This document shows positions 42,876 to 53,465 of a stretch of DNA of 64,000 nt, piece after piece. Position 1 is the first letter of the stretch; each line of letters opens with the position of its first letter. The position numbers and the translations under genes are program-made. The notes beneath the pieces are model-generated. The model was not told the origin of the DNA and ran no database searches. It worked only from the letters and a program-made list of their open reading frames with translations. Origin of the DNA: an uncultured Chloroflexia bacterium (lineage in GTDB: Bacteria; Chloroflexota; Limnocylindria; QHBO01); the NCBI GenBank assembly GCA_963814375.1, contig CAWFCQ010000007.1, positions 32,001 to 96,000 of the forward strand. Direction: 5' to 3'.

Positions 42876-43048
42876 CAATCGATCGCGGCGAATTCACCAG
42901 AGACCGCTCCGGGCTGCGTTCCCGCGATGCGTCGCGACCTCACGAGCCTGAGGTGCACCCCGAGGTCCGCCTCGTGCGTGGCAGCCCGCGATGGATCGCG
43001 AGATCACCACCTCAGTCCGCGCTCTGGTGAATCGGCCGTGAAAAATCG
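42876..43048 (-). repeat. ~170-bp symmetric non-coding element, copy 2 (inverted)
   Basis: Shared blocks TCACGGCCGAT-x-CACCAGA, TCTCGCGATC-x-ATCGCGG, ACCTCGGGG, CCTCAGGC, GAACGCAGCCC, GGTGAA, GCCGCGATC. Confidence 0.85.
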
Positions 43049-43090
43049 TGTTGGCCTTCCATCACGCCGCGGCCGGTAGCATCGGGACGC

Positions 43091-43696
43091 ATGCCCGACT
43101 TCATTCCAGCCGTCGCGCTCGCGTTCGGTGCGATCTTCATCGCCGAGTTCGGCGACAAGAGCCAGCTCCTGATCCTCGCCCTCGCGACGCGCTATCCGGC
43201 GCGCCCGGTGATCATCGGCGTGGTGCTGGCCGCGGCCGTGATCCAGGGGATCAGCGTCGCCGTCGGTGCGGCCGTGGGTGCCATTCTTCCCGAGACCGCC
43301 GTTGCCGTGGTCTCGGGCGTTGCGTTCCTCGGGGTTGCCGCGTGGACGCTGCGCGGCGAGGAGGACGATGAGGAGGCAGCTGCCGAGTCGAGCAGCACCC
43401 GCGGCGGCCGCCCTGCCGAGGCGATGATCATCGCGACCGTGGCCGGCACGTTCATCCTCGCCGAGCTCGGCGACAAGACGATGCTTGCGACCTTCGCGCT
43501 TGCCGCCAACCAGGGTGCGCTGGCGACGTGGATCGGTTCCACCCTGGGCGAGGTGGCCGCCAATCTCGTGGCGATCGTGATCGGGCGCCAGGTGGGCCAC
43601 CTGCTCTCGCCGCGGCTGGTCCGCATCGGCTCTGCGGCCCTCTTTGCCATAGCCGGGCTGCTCCTCCTCATTGGCGCACTCGCGGCATCGGCATAG
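43091..43696 (+). CDS. TMEM165/GDT1 (UPF0016) Mn2+/Ca2+ transporter
   Basis: Two ExGDK(S/T) motifs: AEFGDKSQ, AELGDKTM. Confidence 0.93.
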   Translation: MPDFIPAVALAFGAIFIAEFGDKSQLLILALATRYPARPVIIGVVLAAAVIQGISVAVGAAVGAILPETAVAVVSGVAFLGVAAWTLRGEEDDEEAAAESSSTRGGRPAEAMIIATVAGTFILAELGDKTMLATFALAANQGALATWIGSTLGEVAANLVAIVIGRQVGHLLSPRLVRIGSAALFAIAGLLLLIGALAASA

Positions 43697-43728
43697 TTCC
43701 CGGCGCGCCGCCTGCTAAGAGCGAAGCC

Positions 43729-44100
43729 ATGCGCACATCGATTGGGCCTGCATTGGTCATCGTCAACCTGGCGACGGTCGTCATCCTCGTCCTGCTTCTC
43801 CTCCAGACGACCGCCTTGCGCGGCGACCTCGACGAGGCACGCGCCGAGCTCGCCGCGCTGGAGGCACATGTCGCAGGCCAGGAGGGGGATGCGCCAGTGA
43901 GCGAGCTGTCGACGCGCCTCACCGAGCTCGAGGGTGAGATCCAGGACCTGGTCGTCGCCGTCAACGAGGACGCGTCCGCCGGCGCCGGAGGGTCGGGGTC
44001 CGAGTCGGAGGTGCTCGGCCGGCTCGACGAGGTGCTCGACCGCATCGACGCGCTCGACGCGCGCGTGGACGAGATCTGCGAGAACGTGCCCGTCTGCTAG
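43729..44100 (+). CDS. Hypothetical membrane-anchored coiled-coil protein
   Basis: N-terminal TM, heptad repeats, C-terminal CENVPVC. Confidence 0.6.
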   Translation: MRTSIGPALVIVNLATVVILVLLLLQTTALRGDLDEARAELAALEAHVAGQEGDAPVSELSTRLTELEGEIQDLVVAVNEDASAGAGGSGSESEVLGRLDEVLDRIDALDARVDEICENVPVC

Positions 44101-45302
44101 GAACCTTTCTCCCGCACCGCGACGAGCAGGATCGCGGCGGCGACGTACGAGCTGGCCATGAGGCCGAACGCGACCGGGTAGCCGAAGGTGGCGGCCACGC
44201 TGCCGACGACGAAGGCCCAGAAGGCGCCGATGCCGAAGGCGAAGGTGAAGTAGACGGCGAAGGCCATGTCGCGGATCGGCCCGGTTGCCCGGTCGGCGAG
44301 ATAGGCCTGGAGGACGGGCGACTCGCTGAAGACGGCCGTCCCGAACGGCAGCAGCAGTGGAACGAGCAGGAGCAGGTTGGCGCCGGCGAGCACGAATGCC
44401 ACGATCCCGACCGCCGAGGCGAGGTAGTACGCGACGAGCGTGCGGCGGCGGCCGAATCGGTCCGAGAGGATGCCGGCGATGATCGGCCCGACCACCGCGC
44501 CGACCAGCAGCAGGGCGTACAGCAGGTTGACGGTCGTGCTGTCGAAGCCGAGCGGTCCCGCCAGGTAGAGGACCATGAACGGCGCCACGATATCGAGCCC
44601 GCGCCCACCGGCCGCGACCAGCGATGCGCCGAGGATGAGCCGCAGGTCACCGCGCCCGAGCACCGCTCGGAGATGCTCCCGCGCCGACCCCGACGCGCGA
44701 ACCCGTTCGCGGTAGTCGGCGCGGTCCTCCCGCACCGCGATCGCGATCAGGACGCCGATGATCAGCGGAGGGATCCCGAACAGGGCGAGCGTCGTCTGCC
44801 AGCCGACGGCGATCAGAAGTGCCCCGCCCACGAACGGCACGAGGATGGTGCCGATGTTCCCGCCGCTGATATGGGCGCTGATCGCGAAGCCGCGCCGCTC
44901 CTCCGGGTAGGCGTCGGAGAGGAGCGCGTTGCCGACCGGGTGCTGCGGGCTGGCGCCGATGCGCGCCACGCTGATCGCCCCCAGCAGCTGGCCGATCGAC
45001 TGTGCCAGCCCGCCGATGAGCAGGCCGGTGCCGAAGATCACCTGCCCGCCCGCCAGCAGCGCGGGTCGCGCGATGTAGCGGGTCAGGAAGCCATACGCCA
45101 GCTGCATCGAGCCGCCGACCGCGGTCGTGATGGCGATGAAGATGCCGATGTCCCGCGTATCGAGCCCGAATTCCACGCTGACGATCGGATAGACGAGGGG
45201 CATCAGTGCCGACTGGGCATGGATCGCCGCATGCGCGGTGGCGATGAGCGCGAGCGTCAGTCCGGGACGGGTGCGGCTGTTACGATCGACGCCGATGCCC
45301 AC
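44097..45302 (-). CDS. MFS transporter (start approximate)
   Basis: QHPVGNALL, ERRGFA, SDRFGRR. Confidence 0.85.
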   Translation of the reverse strand: MGIGVDRNSRTRPGLTLALIATAHAAIHAQSALMPLVYPIVSVEFGLDTRDIGIFIAITTAVGGSMQLAYGFLTRYIARPALLAGGQVIFGTGLLIGGLAQSIGQLLGAISVARIGASPQHPVGNALLSDAYPEERRGFAISAHISGGNIGTILVPFVGGALLIAVGWQTTLALFGIPPLIIGVLIAIAVREDRADYRERVRASGSAREHLRAVLGRGDLRLILGASLVAAGGRGLDIVAPFMVLYLAGPLGFDSTTVNLLYALLLVGAVVGPIIAGILSDRFGRRRTLVAYYLASAVGIVAFVLAGANLLLLVPLLLPFGTAVFSESPVLQAYLADRATGPIRDMAFAVYFTFAFGIGAFWAFVVGSVAATFGYPVAFGLMASSYVAAAILLVAVREKGS

Positions 45303-45792
45303 CTCAACCGCCGCCAGCCGCCGCAAGGTCGCGAAGAACGGGTCGCTGGAGGCGCCGAGCCTGGAGGCCAGCCTCATCTCGACCGTGGCGCCGCTGATGC
45401 GTCACCTGGTGGCCCACGCCCGCCGCCGTCGGGCATGGAGCGAGCTCACCTACCAGCAGTACAACGTCCTGCGCATGGTCGACACGCTCGGGCCGCAGCC
45501 GCAGGCCGAGGTCGCGCGCCGGCTGATGGTGACCGCGCCGGTCGTCACCCGCCTCGCCTCGACGCTGTCCGATGCCGGGCTCGTCGAGCGCCACGCCGAT
45601 CCGAAGGACCGCCGCGCGGTGCTCCTGGCGCTGACCCCGACCGGGCGTCGTCGTGCGCGAGCCATGCGCCGCGACCTGCTCGCGGCCGCCCACGAGCTGC
45701 TCGAGCCGATCCCGGAACAGAAGCGGGCCGCCGTGGAATCGGCGCTCGAGGAGCTCCAGGTCCTGCTCCCGCAGCATTCAGCGCGTCGCTGA
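45295..45792 (+). CDS. MarR-family regulator
   Basis: LTYQQYNVL, VTRL...GLVER...DRRAVLLALT..G. Confidence 0.9.
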   Translation: MPTSTAASRRKVAKNGSLEAPSLEASLISTVAPLMRHLVAHARRRRAWSELTYQQYNVLRMVDTLGPQPQAEVARRLMVTAPVVTRLASTLSDAGLVERHADPKDRRAVLLALTPTGRRRARAMRRDLLAAAHELLEPIPEQKRAAVESALEELQVLLPQHSARR

Positions 45793-47176
45793 AGCGGGGC
45801 GGGCGTCCGCCTTTGCCGGGCCGGACGCGGGCCTGGGCGCTGTCGAGGGTCGTGATCCCCAGTGGTCCCCGTTGGAGCGCGTTGCGCAGCCCGACGGCGA
45901 CGATGCCCACCGTGAGCAGGGAGAGCGCCGCGCCCGCGACGAATGCGGCCGGTGTGCCCCAGGCCTCGGCGACACCGCCGGCAAAGAGGCCGCCGATCGG
46001 CGCCGATCCCGCGAAGACGGTCACGTAGAAGCTCATCACGCGGCCGCGGAGCGCATCGGTCACGTTGGCCTGGACCGTCGCATTGATGGTGTTGATCATG
46101 AGCATGCTGGCGTAGCCCGCGGCCATGATCAGAACTCCGGCCACGATCACGTTCCTGGTGGCGGCGATGGCGATGAGAAGCAGCGAGAAGACGAGGCCGC
46201 CGAACAGCATCAGCGGAATGGCTCGCCGGCGTCGCAGGAAGGCCAGTGTCAGCGAGCCTGCCAGCGATCCGACGCCCATCGACGCATACAGCGCGCCGTA
46301 GGCGTCCGGTCCCAGGTCGAGCACGTCGCGAGAGAACAGCGGCAGCAGGATCTGGAAGTTGAAGCCGAACGCGGCGATGCCGCCGAGCAGGACGAGGCAC
46401 CACCGCACGAGTGGGGTGCGCACCGCGAAGTCGAAGCCCTCCTTCAGGCTGTGGAGGACGGGCGGATGCTGCTCGGGGCGTTCGTGCTGACGGATCTGAC
46501 GCGGGTCCATGCGCGCGAGGCCGATGACGACGGCCGCATAGGTGACGGCGTTGATGCCGAGGTTGACCGCCACGCCGGCGATCGACGACCCGGTCGCGGT
46601 CGTCCCGACCGCGATGATGACGCCGGCCAACGCCGGGCCAACCACGCGCGCGGTGTTGAAGGCCATCGAGTTGAGGGCGATCGCGTTCGCCAGCATCGAT
46701 CGCGGCACGAGGTCCGGCGCGAGCGCCTGGCGCAGCGGCATGTCGATCGCGTTGACCAGCCCGAGCATCAGGGCCATCACCATCACCATCCAGATCTGGA
46801 CGACGCCCGTCGCCGTGAGCCCGAAGAGGATGGTGGCCTGGAGAGCTGCGGCAACCTGGGCCGCGAGAAGCGCGCGTCGCTTGTCGATCCGGTCGGCGAA
46901 CACCCCGCCGAACGGCGCCAGCACCATCGACGGCCCGAACTGGAGCACGGCAACGATCCCAAGCTGGATCGGCGAGCCGCCGAGCGACAGGACCAGCCAG
47001 GGCAGGCTGACCTGCTGCATCCAGGTGCCGATGAGGCTGACGACCTGGCCCAGCCAGTAGAGCCGATAGTTCCGAACGCCGAGCGCCTCGAAGCCATGCT
47101 TCAGCCCGCCGAAGGCCGCCTGGAGGGGCAGCGGGCGCGGCTGGTCGGGACGTGGTGCCGGGGCGTTGTCGGCCAA
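45778..47176 (-). CDS. MFS transporter (DHA3/MFS_3-like), 3' end probably frameshifted
   Basis: NYRLYWLGQVVSLIGTWMQ, NAIALNS, LRGRVMS. Confidence 0.85.
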
Positions 47177-47196
47177 CGAGGTCAGCCTCCGCAGAG

Positions 47197-47211
47197 GTTG
47201 CCCATGCTAAC
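47197..47211. promoter_or_regulatory. Candidate MarR operator
   Basis: GTTGCCCATGCTAAC; overlaps TAGCAT -10 on the minus strand. Confidence 0.55.
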
Positions 47212-47228
47212 AACCGCGAACGCGGCCG

Positions 47229-48599
47229 TCATGCCGCCTGGCGGAGGGCCTCCGGCTCGGCCGGTTCCCGGAGCCGGGGCAGCGTCGCGCCCTGCAGCTG
47301 CCAGGCGACAACGGCGAGGACCCCGGCGGCCAGCAGCGCGCCGATGCTGAAGGCGACCGGCGCGCCGAACGCCTGGGCCAGCACGCCGGCGAAGAGGCCG
47401 CCGATCGGCGCGGTGCCGGCGAACACGGTCACATAGAGCGCCATCACTCGCCCGCGGAGCGCATCGGGCACGCTGTTCTGGATGGTGACGTTGATGGTGT
47501 TGACCATCAGCATCGCGGCGAGGCCGATGCCGGCGACGAGCGGGAAGACGACGAGCGGGCTGCGCACGAAGCCGAGCAGGAAGGCGAGCGCCAGAAAGAC
47601 GGCGCCGGCCCCGACGATCAACCGCAGCATCGGCCGCTGGCCCGTCCTGAAAGCAAGTGCCAGCGAGCCGATCAGTGAGCCGGCGCCCATCGTCGCGAAG
47701 AGCGCGCCGTACGCGCCCGAGTCCAGTCCGAGCGTGTCGCGCGTGAAGATCGGCAGGAGCGTCTGGAAGTTCATGGCCAGCGCTGCCACGCCGCCGAGAA
47801 GGACGAGTGGCCACAGAACGGTCGGCGTGGCGCGCGCGTACCGCAGGCCTTCGGCGAGGCTCGATCGCACGGACGGGAAGCGCACGGGGCGAGGCGCGCG
47901 ATACAGGGCGGCAGGATCGATGAGGAACAGGCCGACGAGGACCGAGATGTAGCTGATCGCGTTGACCCCGAAGTTGCTTGCCACGCCGAAGACCGCGATC
48001 GTCACGCCCGCGACCGCCGGCCCGACGACGCGGGAGAGGTTGAACGAGGTCGAGCTGAGCGCGATCGCATTCACGAGGTCACTTCGCGGCACCAGCTCGG
48101 CGACGAACGCCTGGCGCACGGGCATCTCGATGGCGTTCACGAAGCCGGCAACCAGGGCGAGCGCGTAGACGTGCCAGATCTCGACGACGCCCGTCGCGGC
48201 GAGGCCGAAGAGGACCGAGGCCTGGACCATGGCGACGAGGTTCACGACGATCAGCGTTCGCCTCTTGTCGAGCCGATCGGCGAGCACGCCACCGAGCGGC
48301 GCGATGACCATCGACGGGCCGAACATGAAGGCCATGACGAGGCCCAGCTGAAGCGGTGAGCCGCCGAGCTGAAGAACGAGCCACGGGAGCGCGACGGACT
48401 GCATCCAGGCGCCGACGAGGCTTCCGATCTGGCCGAACCAGAAGCGCCGATAGTTCGCGTGGCGCATCGCGCTGAAGCCGCGGCCCAGCCCCTCCTCGCG
48501 CTCGTCCGCCGACGACGCCGCCCCTGCGGGACGGCGCTTGCCCTGCGCGGGTGATGGCTTCGCGCCCGTGATGCGGCGCGAGAGGTCGGTGATCGTCAT
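47229..48599 (-). CDS. MFS transporter (DHA3/MFS_3-like), paralog of neighbour
   Basis: NYRRFWFGQIGSLVGAWMQ, NAIALSS, LRGRVMA. Confidence 0.9.
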   Translation of the reverse strand: MTITDLSRRITGAKPSPAQGKRRPAGAASSADEREEGLGRGFSAMRHANYRRFWFGQIGSLVGAWMQSVALPWLVLQLGGSPLQLGLVMAFMFGPSMVIAPLGGVLADRLDKRRTLIVVNLVAMVQASVLFGLAATGVVEIWHVYALALVAGFVNAIEMPVRQAFVAELVPRSDLVNAIALSSTSFNLSRVVGPAVAGVTIAVFGVASNFGVNAISYISVLVGLFLIDPAALYRAPRPVRFPSVRSSLAEGLRYARATPTVLWPLVLLGGVAALAMNFQTLLPIFTRDTLGLDSGAYGALFATMGAGSLIGSLALAFRTGQRPMLRLIVGAGAVFLALAFLLGFVRSPLVVFPLVAGIGLAAMLMVNTINVTIQNSVPDALRGRVMALYVTVFAGTAPIGGLFAGVLAQAFGAPVAFSIGALLAAGVLAVVAWQLQGATLPRLREPAEPEALRQAA

Positions 48600-48601
48600 T
48601 C

Positions 48602-48616
48602 GTTAGCAATGCTAAC
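48602..48616. promoter_or_regulatory. Candidate MarR operator (7-1-7 palindrome)
   Basis: GTTAGCA-A-TGCTAAC immediately before the MFS ATG. Confidence 0.65.
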
Positions 48617-48749
48617 AAAGTTCCGCGGCTCCTTCAAACGGATCGAAGGACGAATCCAGTTGAGCATCACCGCTCTGATCGGCGATGATGTGCGCACGAC
48701 ACGATCGGTTCGCCAGGCCCAGGAGATCCCGATTCGGAAGAAGCGGCGC

Positions 48750-49994
48750 ATGCCCGCCCTCCGGCCGATACCCCGCGCCCACGTTGCGGCCCTGCTGCTC
48801 TCGCTGCTCGCCGTCCTGGCTCCCGACCTGACGCTGGCGCCCGCGATCGCCGGCGAGCCGCTGGGCGGGCCGAGGCCCATCGACGATTCGGCGCTGCCGG
48901 TCCCGCTCCGCGTCCCCCACGAAGCGGATACCCGGACCGCCGGCGCTCCGGCCCCGGCGCCGGCTCCCGCGCCCGCGCCGGTCCAGACAGAAGTTGCCGA
49001 CGCCGCTCGCTACAAGTCCGCGCTCGACGCCGCGCGCTCGGCGGGATTGGCATACGGGGTCACCTTCGCCGCGGTCCGCGACGGCGAGCTGCTGTGGGCG
49101 GGCGGCATGGGACGGCAGCGCGACGGGCGCACCGAGCTTGCGGCGGACAGCCCGCTCGTCATCGGCAGCGTGACCAAGACCTATGTGGCGGCCACGGTCC
49201 TTCAGCTGGTCGAGGAGGGGCGGCTCGGCCTCGATGACGCGGTGGGCATGCACCTGCCCGAGCTGCGCGGAGTGGCGGGCAAGACCACGGTGCGGCAGCT
49301 GCTCGATCACACCAGTGGACTCGCCGACGTCTTCAACGACACGACGCGGAAGGGTCTCGAGGAGCATCCGGAGCATGCCTGGACGACCGAGGAGGTGCTG
49401 GGCTCGCTCCACGCCCCGTGGTATCAACCGGGCGAGGGCTGGGCGTATGCCAACACCAACTACTACCTGCTCAGCCTCATCGTCGAGCGCCTCACCGGCG
49501 CCACGCTGGCCGATGAGCTCGAGCGCCGCTTCTTCGGCCCGCTCGGGATGGAGGCGACGCGCATCCTGACGCCGGCCGACGCCACGGGCCCCCTGGCGCC
49601 TGCTTGGACCACGATCTTCTGGGGCTCCGGGGCGATGAGCGCCTCCGCCGCCGACGTCGCGCGCTGGGGTGACGCCCTCTACGGCGACAGCCTGCTATCG
49701 CCGACCAGCCGGCGCGCGATGCTGGACCTCAACGACAACGACTACGGCCTCGGCGTGCAGCGTATCGATCTGCCCGGGCTCACCGGCTACGGCCACACCG
49801 GCCTGCTGAACACCTACACCACGCTGCTACTTCACCTGCCGACCGAGCACGTGACGCTCGCGCTGCTCGTCAATCGCAGCGACGTCGACCTGTTCGGCAT
49901 GCTCCTCGCCCACCCCGCCAACGGTGGGCCATCGCTGCTCGAGCTCGCCATCGGCCACGAGCTCGTGCCGCCCGAGGAGCCTCAGTCGCCGTAG
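48750..49994 (+). CDS. Secreted serine hydrolase (beta-lactamase/DD-peptidase family)
   Basis: GSVTKT (SxxK), LLDHTSGL, YANTNY, GHTG. Confidence 0.9.
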   Translation: MPALRPIPRAHVAALLLSLLAVLAPDLTLAPAIAGEPLGGPRPIDDSALPVPLRVPHEADTRTAGAPAPAPAPAPAPVQTEVADAARYKSALDAARSAGLAYGVTFAAVRDGELLWAGGMGRQRDGRTELAADSPLVIGSVTKTYVAATVLQLVEEGRLGLDDAVGMHLPELRGVAGKTTVRQLLDHTSGLADVFNDTTRKGLEEHPEHAWTTEEVLGSLHAPWYQPGEGWAYANTNYYLLSLIVERLTGATLADELERRFFGPLGMEATRILTPADATGPLAPAWTTIFWGSGAMSASAADVARWGDALYGDSLLSPTSRRAMLDLNDNDYGLGVQRIDLPGLTGYGHTGLLNTYTTLLLHLPTEHVTLALLVNRSDVDLFGMLLAHPANGGPSLLELAIGHELVPPEEPQSP

Positions 49995-51647
49995 AGGATC
50001 TCGCGGATGACGGGCATCGGCGGGGTGCCGTGGCTGATCACCGATTCGAGGAATGGCCGCCATGAGAAGGCGTCTCCCGACCGGCGGCGAGCCTCGCGCT
50101 CGAGCTCGGTCATCTCCACGCTTCCCGAGGAAGTAGGAGCACAGCTGGGTCGAGCTGAGGCGCGCGCGGTTCCACTTCTCGGCCGCCTCGGAGCGCTCCT
50201 GGAATCCACCCTCGACCATCAGCGCCATCGCCTCGTCCTCGGTCATGGACCCGGTGTGGATGCGGATGTCCATCAGCGTGTTGGTGGTGGCGCGCAGGAA
50301 GTACTTCCAGTGGGCGAGCATCAGCGCCGGATCGTCGGCGCCGTAGCCGGCGTCCATCATCACCTGCGTCACGTACACCGCCCAGCCCTCGGCGAAGACG
50401 CCGGAGCCGAAGACGGCGCGCGCGAGCGAGGCGCATCGGTTCGACCAGGCCAGCTGGAGGTAGTGTCCGGGAACTGCCTCGTGGATGGTGAGGACCCGGA
50501 GGGCGCGGCTGTTGTTCTCGCGCAGCATCGACTCCACCTGCTCCTCGCTCCAATCCTCGGGCGGCGGGGTGATGGCGAAGAAGCTGTCGAGGCCCTTGTC
50601 GAGCGGCCCGGGCGGGATGAGCATGGCGCCGCCGAAGGCGCGCAGGAACGGCGGGGTCCAGATGATCTGAAGCGGCTCGTCCGCGAGGCCGATGAGGTCG
50701 CGCTCGCGGATGAACGCCTCGATGCGCTCGTGCTCGCCGCGGCAGAAGTCGAGCAGATCGTCGGCCTTCGGGTGGTCCTGGCCGATGGCATCGAGCACGC
50801 GACGGGTGAGCACGTCGCCGTCGTCCGGCATCGGCTCGTCGCCGACCCAGGTCGGCCACAGCTCGCGCGCGATGCGCAGCATCTCGGCACGGATCTCGTC
50901 GTAGGCAGCGGACGCCCGTCGCTCCAGCTCGGCCGGCGTGACGGTGGCCTTGAGCGAGTGGTGGAACTTGCTGGCGTAGAGCTCGGCACCGAGGCGGAAG
51001 TCGCCGTCGGCCTTCGGCAGCAGCTCGTCGCGCAGCCAGACGGTGAACGCATCGATCGCCGCAGTCGCCCCGTCGGCCGCGGCGTCACGCGAGCGCGCGT
51101 CTGCTCGTCCGCATCGGCGGCCATCTCGACGGCGGTGCGGCAGAGGTCCGCGATCCCCGGGATCGTCTCGATCGTCTTCTCGGTGTGGAAGGTCGCGACG
51201 GCACGGCCACGACCGGAGCCGAGGTTCTCCCGCGCCGCGCCGAGGGCGTCCGGGATGCCCTCCATCCGCCCCGCCGCGCTGGCCAGCCGCTGGTCGAGCG
51301 GCGCGAACTCGCGCGTCAGCAGGCCGAAGAGGCCGGCGCCGAGAAGGTAGGTGTACGAGATCGGGTTCCATGAGAGCTCGTCGAGCTCCTCCTCGTCGAA
51401 TCGCAGCTCGTCGATGGTGGCGAGAAGGACGCGTCGATCGATCTCCTCCTCGCGGCTCAGTCCATCGGCCGCCTCGAGGTCCGACCGAGCCTCGGCCAGC
51501 CACGCGAGACGCGCGCGCGCCGGCTTCGGACAGGTCCGGCCAGCGATCGTCGTGCTCGTGGTTGCCCGCCTCGGTGGCGTGGATCGGGTAGAGACGGAAG
51601 AAGTCGGCGAAGAAGGCGTCCTGCGCCTCGGCGAAGCTCGATGTCAT
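49982..51647 (-). CDS. DUF885 family protein, frameshifts
   Basis: TIHEAVPGHYLQ, FAEGWAVY, TQLCSYF. Confidence 0.88.
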
Positions 51648-51769
51648 CCGCGCATGGTGCCAGACGGCGCGACGGCCGCGATCGGTCGTTGGCAAGGCGC
51701 CGGGCGGGCCCGAGCTCGCTCACCGCGGTCGTGATCTGGCCCAGCGACGACGAGGCCGCTCGCGTCTAG

Positions 51770-51850
51770 AGCCGATCCGTGATGTCGCGACGACGAGATC
51801 GAAAGCTCCCGGTCGCCCTGTTGCGCCCGTCGCACGAGATTCCGCTCCAT
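51770..51850 (-). pseudogene. 5' fragment of an ECF sigma factor
   Basis: MERNLVRRAQQGDRE(x)FD matches N-termini of the three paralogs; similarity lost after about 20 codons. Confidence 0.6.
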
Positions 51851-51987
51851 CCCTGCCTCGTTTGCGGTCCCGAGTGGGTCCGCCTGCCATGTGTGAGTCG
51901 CGAGCCACCAAAGTCTCGGAATCGAGCCGCGGCGGCCAGCGAGCCGATCGCCGGATGAGTCCGACAGCCGTCCGCAGAATCGGCACG

Positions 51988-52834
51988 TCAGGTCCCCGAA
52001 CCGAATCGACTCGACATGGCCTCACGTTCGGCTCGCTCGGCCTCGGACGTTTCGGGCATGTACGAGCTGTAAATCACCACTCGCTGGCCCTCGATATCGA
52101 GGTAGATCCTGGTCGACCTGACCGGGACGGTGGTAGCGCCCAGCCAGCTCCGGAACTCGCCGCGGTCGCAGTCGGCGAAGTCGGTGCTCGGACCGTCACT
52201 CGATCATCTTCCCGCCGTAGCCGTCGAGCGTGACATCGACGGAACGTTGTCGACGTTGTGGGCCGAGCGCAAGGCCGGCGGCGCGGATCGTCGACCGTGG
52301 CCCGACGGCGGCGTGATCGCGCCGTCCAGCCACTGCCACGTCGAGGTAACCGGGTCATCGTCATCCCGATCCCGAAGCCCGTCGGGAACAGGGGTCGGCG
52401 ACCTCTGCTCACGCAGCCCTGCGCCGACCCAGCCGGCGGGCATGGTCAGCGTCGTGCCCTCGGGGAGGTACCTGCCATCGGGCCGCCTCGGTGGTCAGCA
52501 GGTAGGTCCCTGGCTCGAGGCTGCTATCGGTGAGGCGGGTGGAGTGGGTGTCGGATCCGGCGATGCATCCTCGATCGGGACCGCCGACACTTGGGGCAAG
52601 GAGATAGTTGTAGCCCAGCAGGGCTGCGACGACCACGGCGGCGGCGGCGAGGCCCAGCTTCATGGCGTTGTTCATCTCGGGAGACCTCCGCGCCGGCCAC
52701 CAGGCCGGGCGCTGATGTGTCGAAGGAAGCTCGGCGCGGATGGCATCGCGGACGTCATCGGGCAACGGCGTGTTGCCCTGGTAGTCATCGAGATAGCTCT
52801 CGAGCTGACCGATGAAGTCGTCGTTGCGTGTCAT
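51988..52834 (-). CDS. Putative anti-sigma/sensor protein of cassette 3, many frameshifts
   Basis: MTRNDDF...WWPARRSPEMNNAMK, TM; DVTLDGYGGK; YLDIEGQRVVI...ETSEAERAE. Confidence 0.65.
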
Positions 52835-53380
52835 GCCGTGCCTCGCGTGACGATCGGCTGCAGATCGGCTTCGATCGCCGATCTGAGCTGCTGGAGTGCG
52901 TAGTGCAGCCGAGAGCGAGCCGTGCCGGCGGGCGTCCCCATCCGTTCGGCTGCCTCGGTCGGGCTCAGGCCCAGGTAGTGGACAAGGACGACGACCGTCC
53001 GATGCTCGACGCTGAGTCGCCGGAAGGCGCCGTCGAGCTGGTCCTGGTTCGCGATCAGTGAGGTCGAGTCCGGGACGCCCTCCCCCGATTCGAGGGAGCA
53101 GCCGCAGGTTGCCGCGCTGACGTCGTTCGCGGCGCGCTTCGGCGTAGCAGGCATGCACGAGAAGCCGATGGGTCCAGGCCTCGAACCGATCGGGATCACG
53201 CAGCTGCGGAAGATGCCGCCAGGCATCGAGCAGCGCCTGCTGGGTGGCGTCCTGGGCGAGGCTCGTATCACGCAGGATCCTGCGTGCCACGGAGTGCAGC
53301 GAGTCGCCGATGCGTCCGACGAGCTCGTCGAATGCCTCTTCGTCGCCGTGCATCGCCCGCTGGACGAGCTCGCGCTCCAT
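52831..53380 (-). CDS. ECF sigma-70 factor, cassette 3, frameshift ~53090
   Basis: GDEEAF, AQDATQQA, RDPDRFEAW, GTARSRLHYA. Confidence 0.9.
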
Positions 53381-53427
53381 GCCTCACCCGCTGAGTGCGC
53401 TGACCGCGGTCTGCGGCCAATCAGTGA

Positions 53428-53458
53428 GTATGAGTGCGCTCGCTCGCCCAGCGTTCAA
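53428..53458 (-). promoter_or_regulatory. Candidate ECF promoter
   Basis: TTGAA-N19-CTCATAC. Confidence 0.7.
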
Positions 53459-53465
53459 CCGCGGC

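Noticed and set aside
38035-43048. CRISPR array, or composite transposon bounded by the two inverted elements
   Set aside because: The boxes are short with symmetric, non-uniform spacing. There are no cas or transposase genes, I saw no target duplication, and the cargo is housekeeping.
42840-43090. yybP-ykoY Mn riboswitch upstream of GDT1
   Set aside because: I could not find the conserved core. The region is explained by the dispersed element, and the gene looks leaderless.
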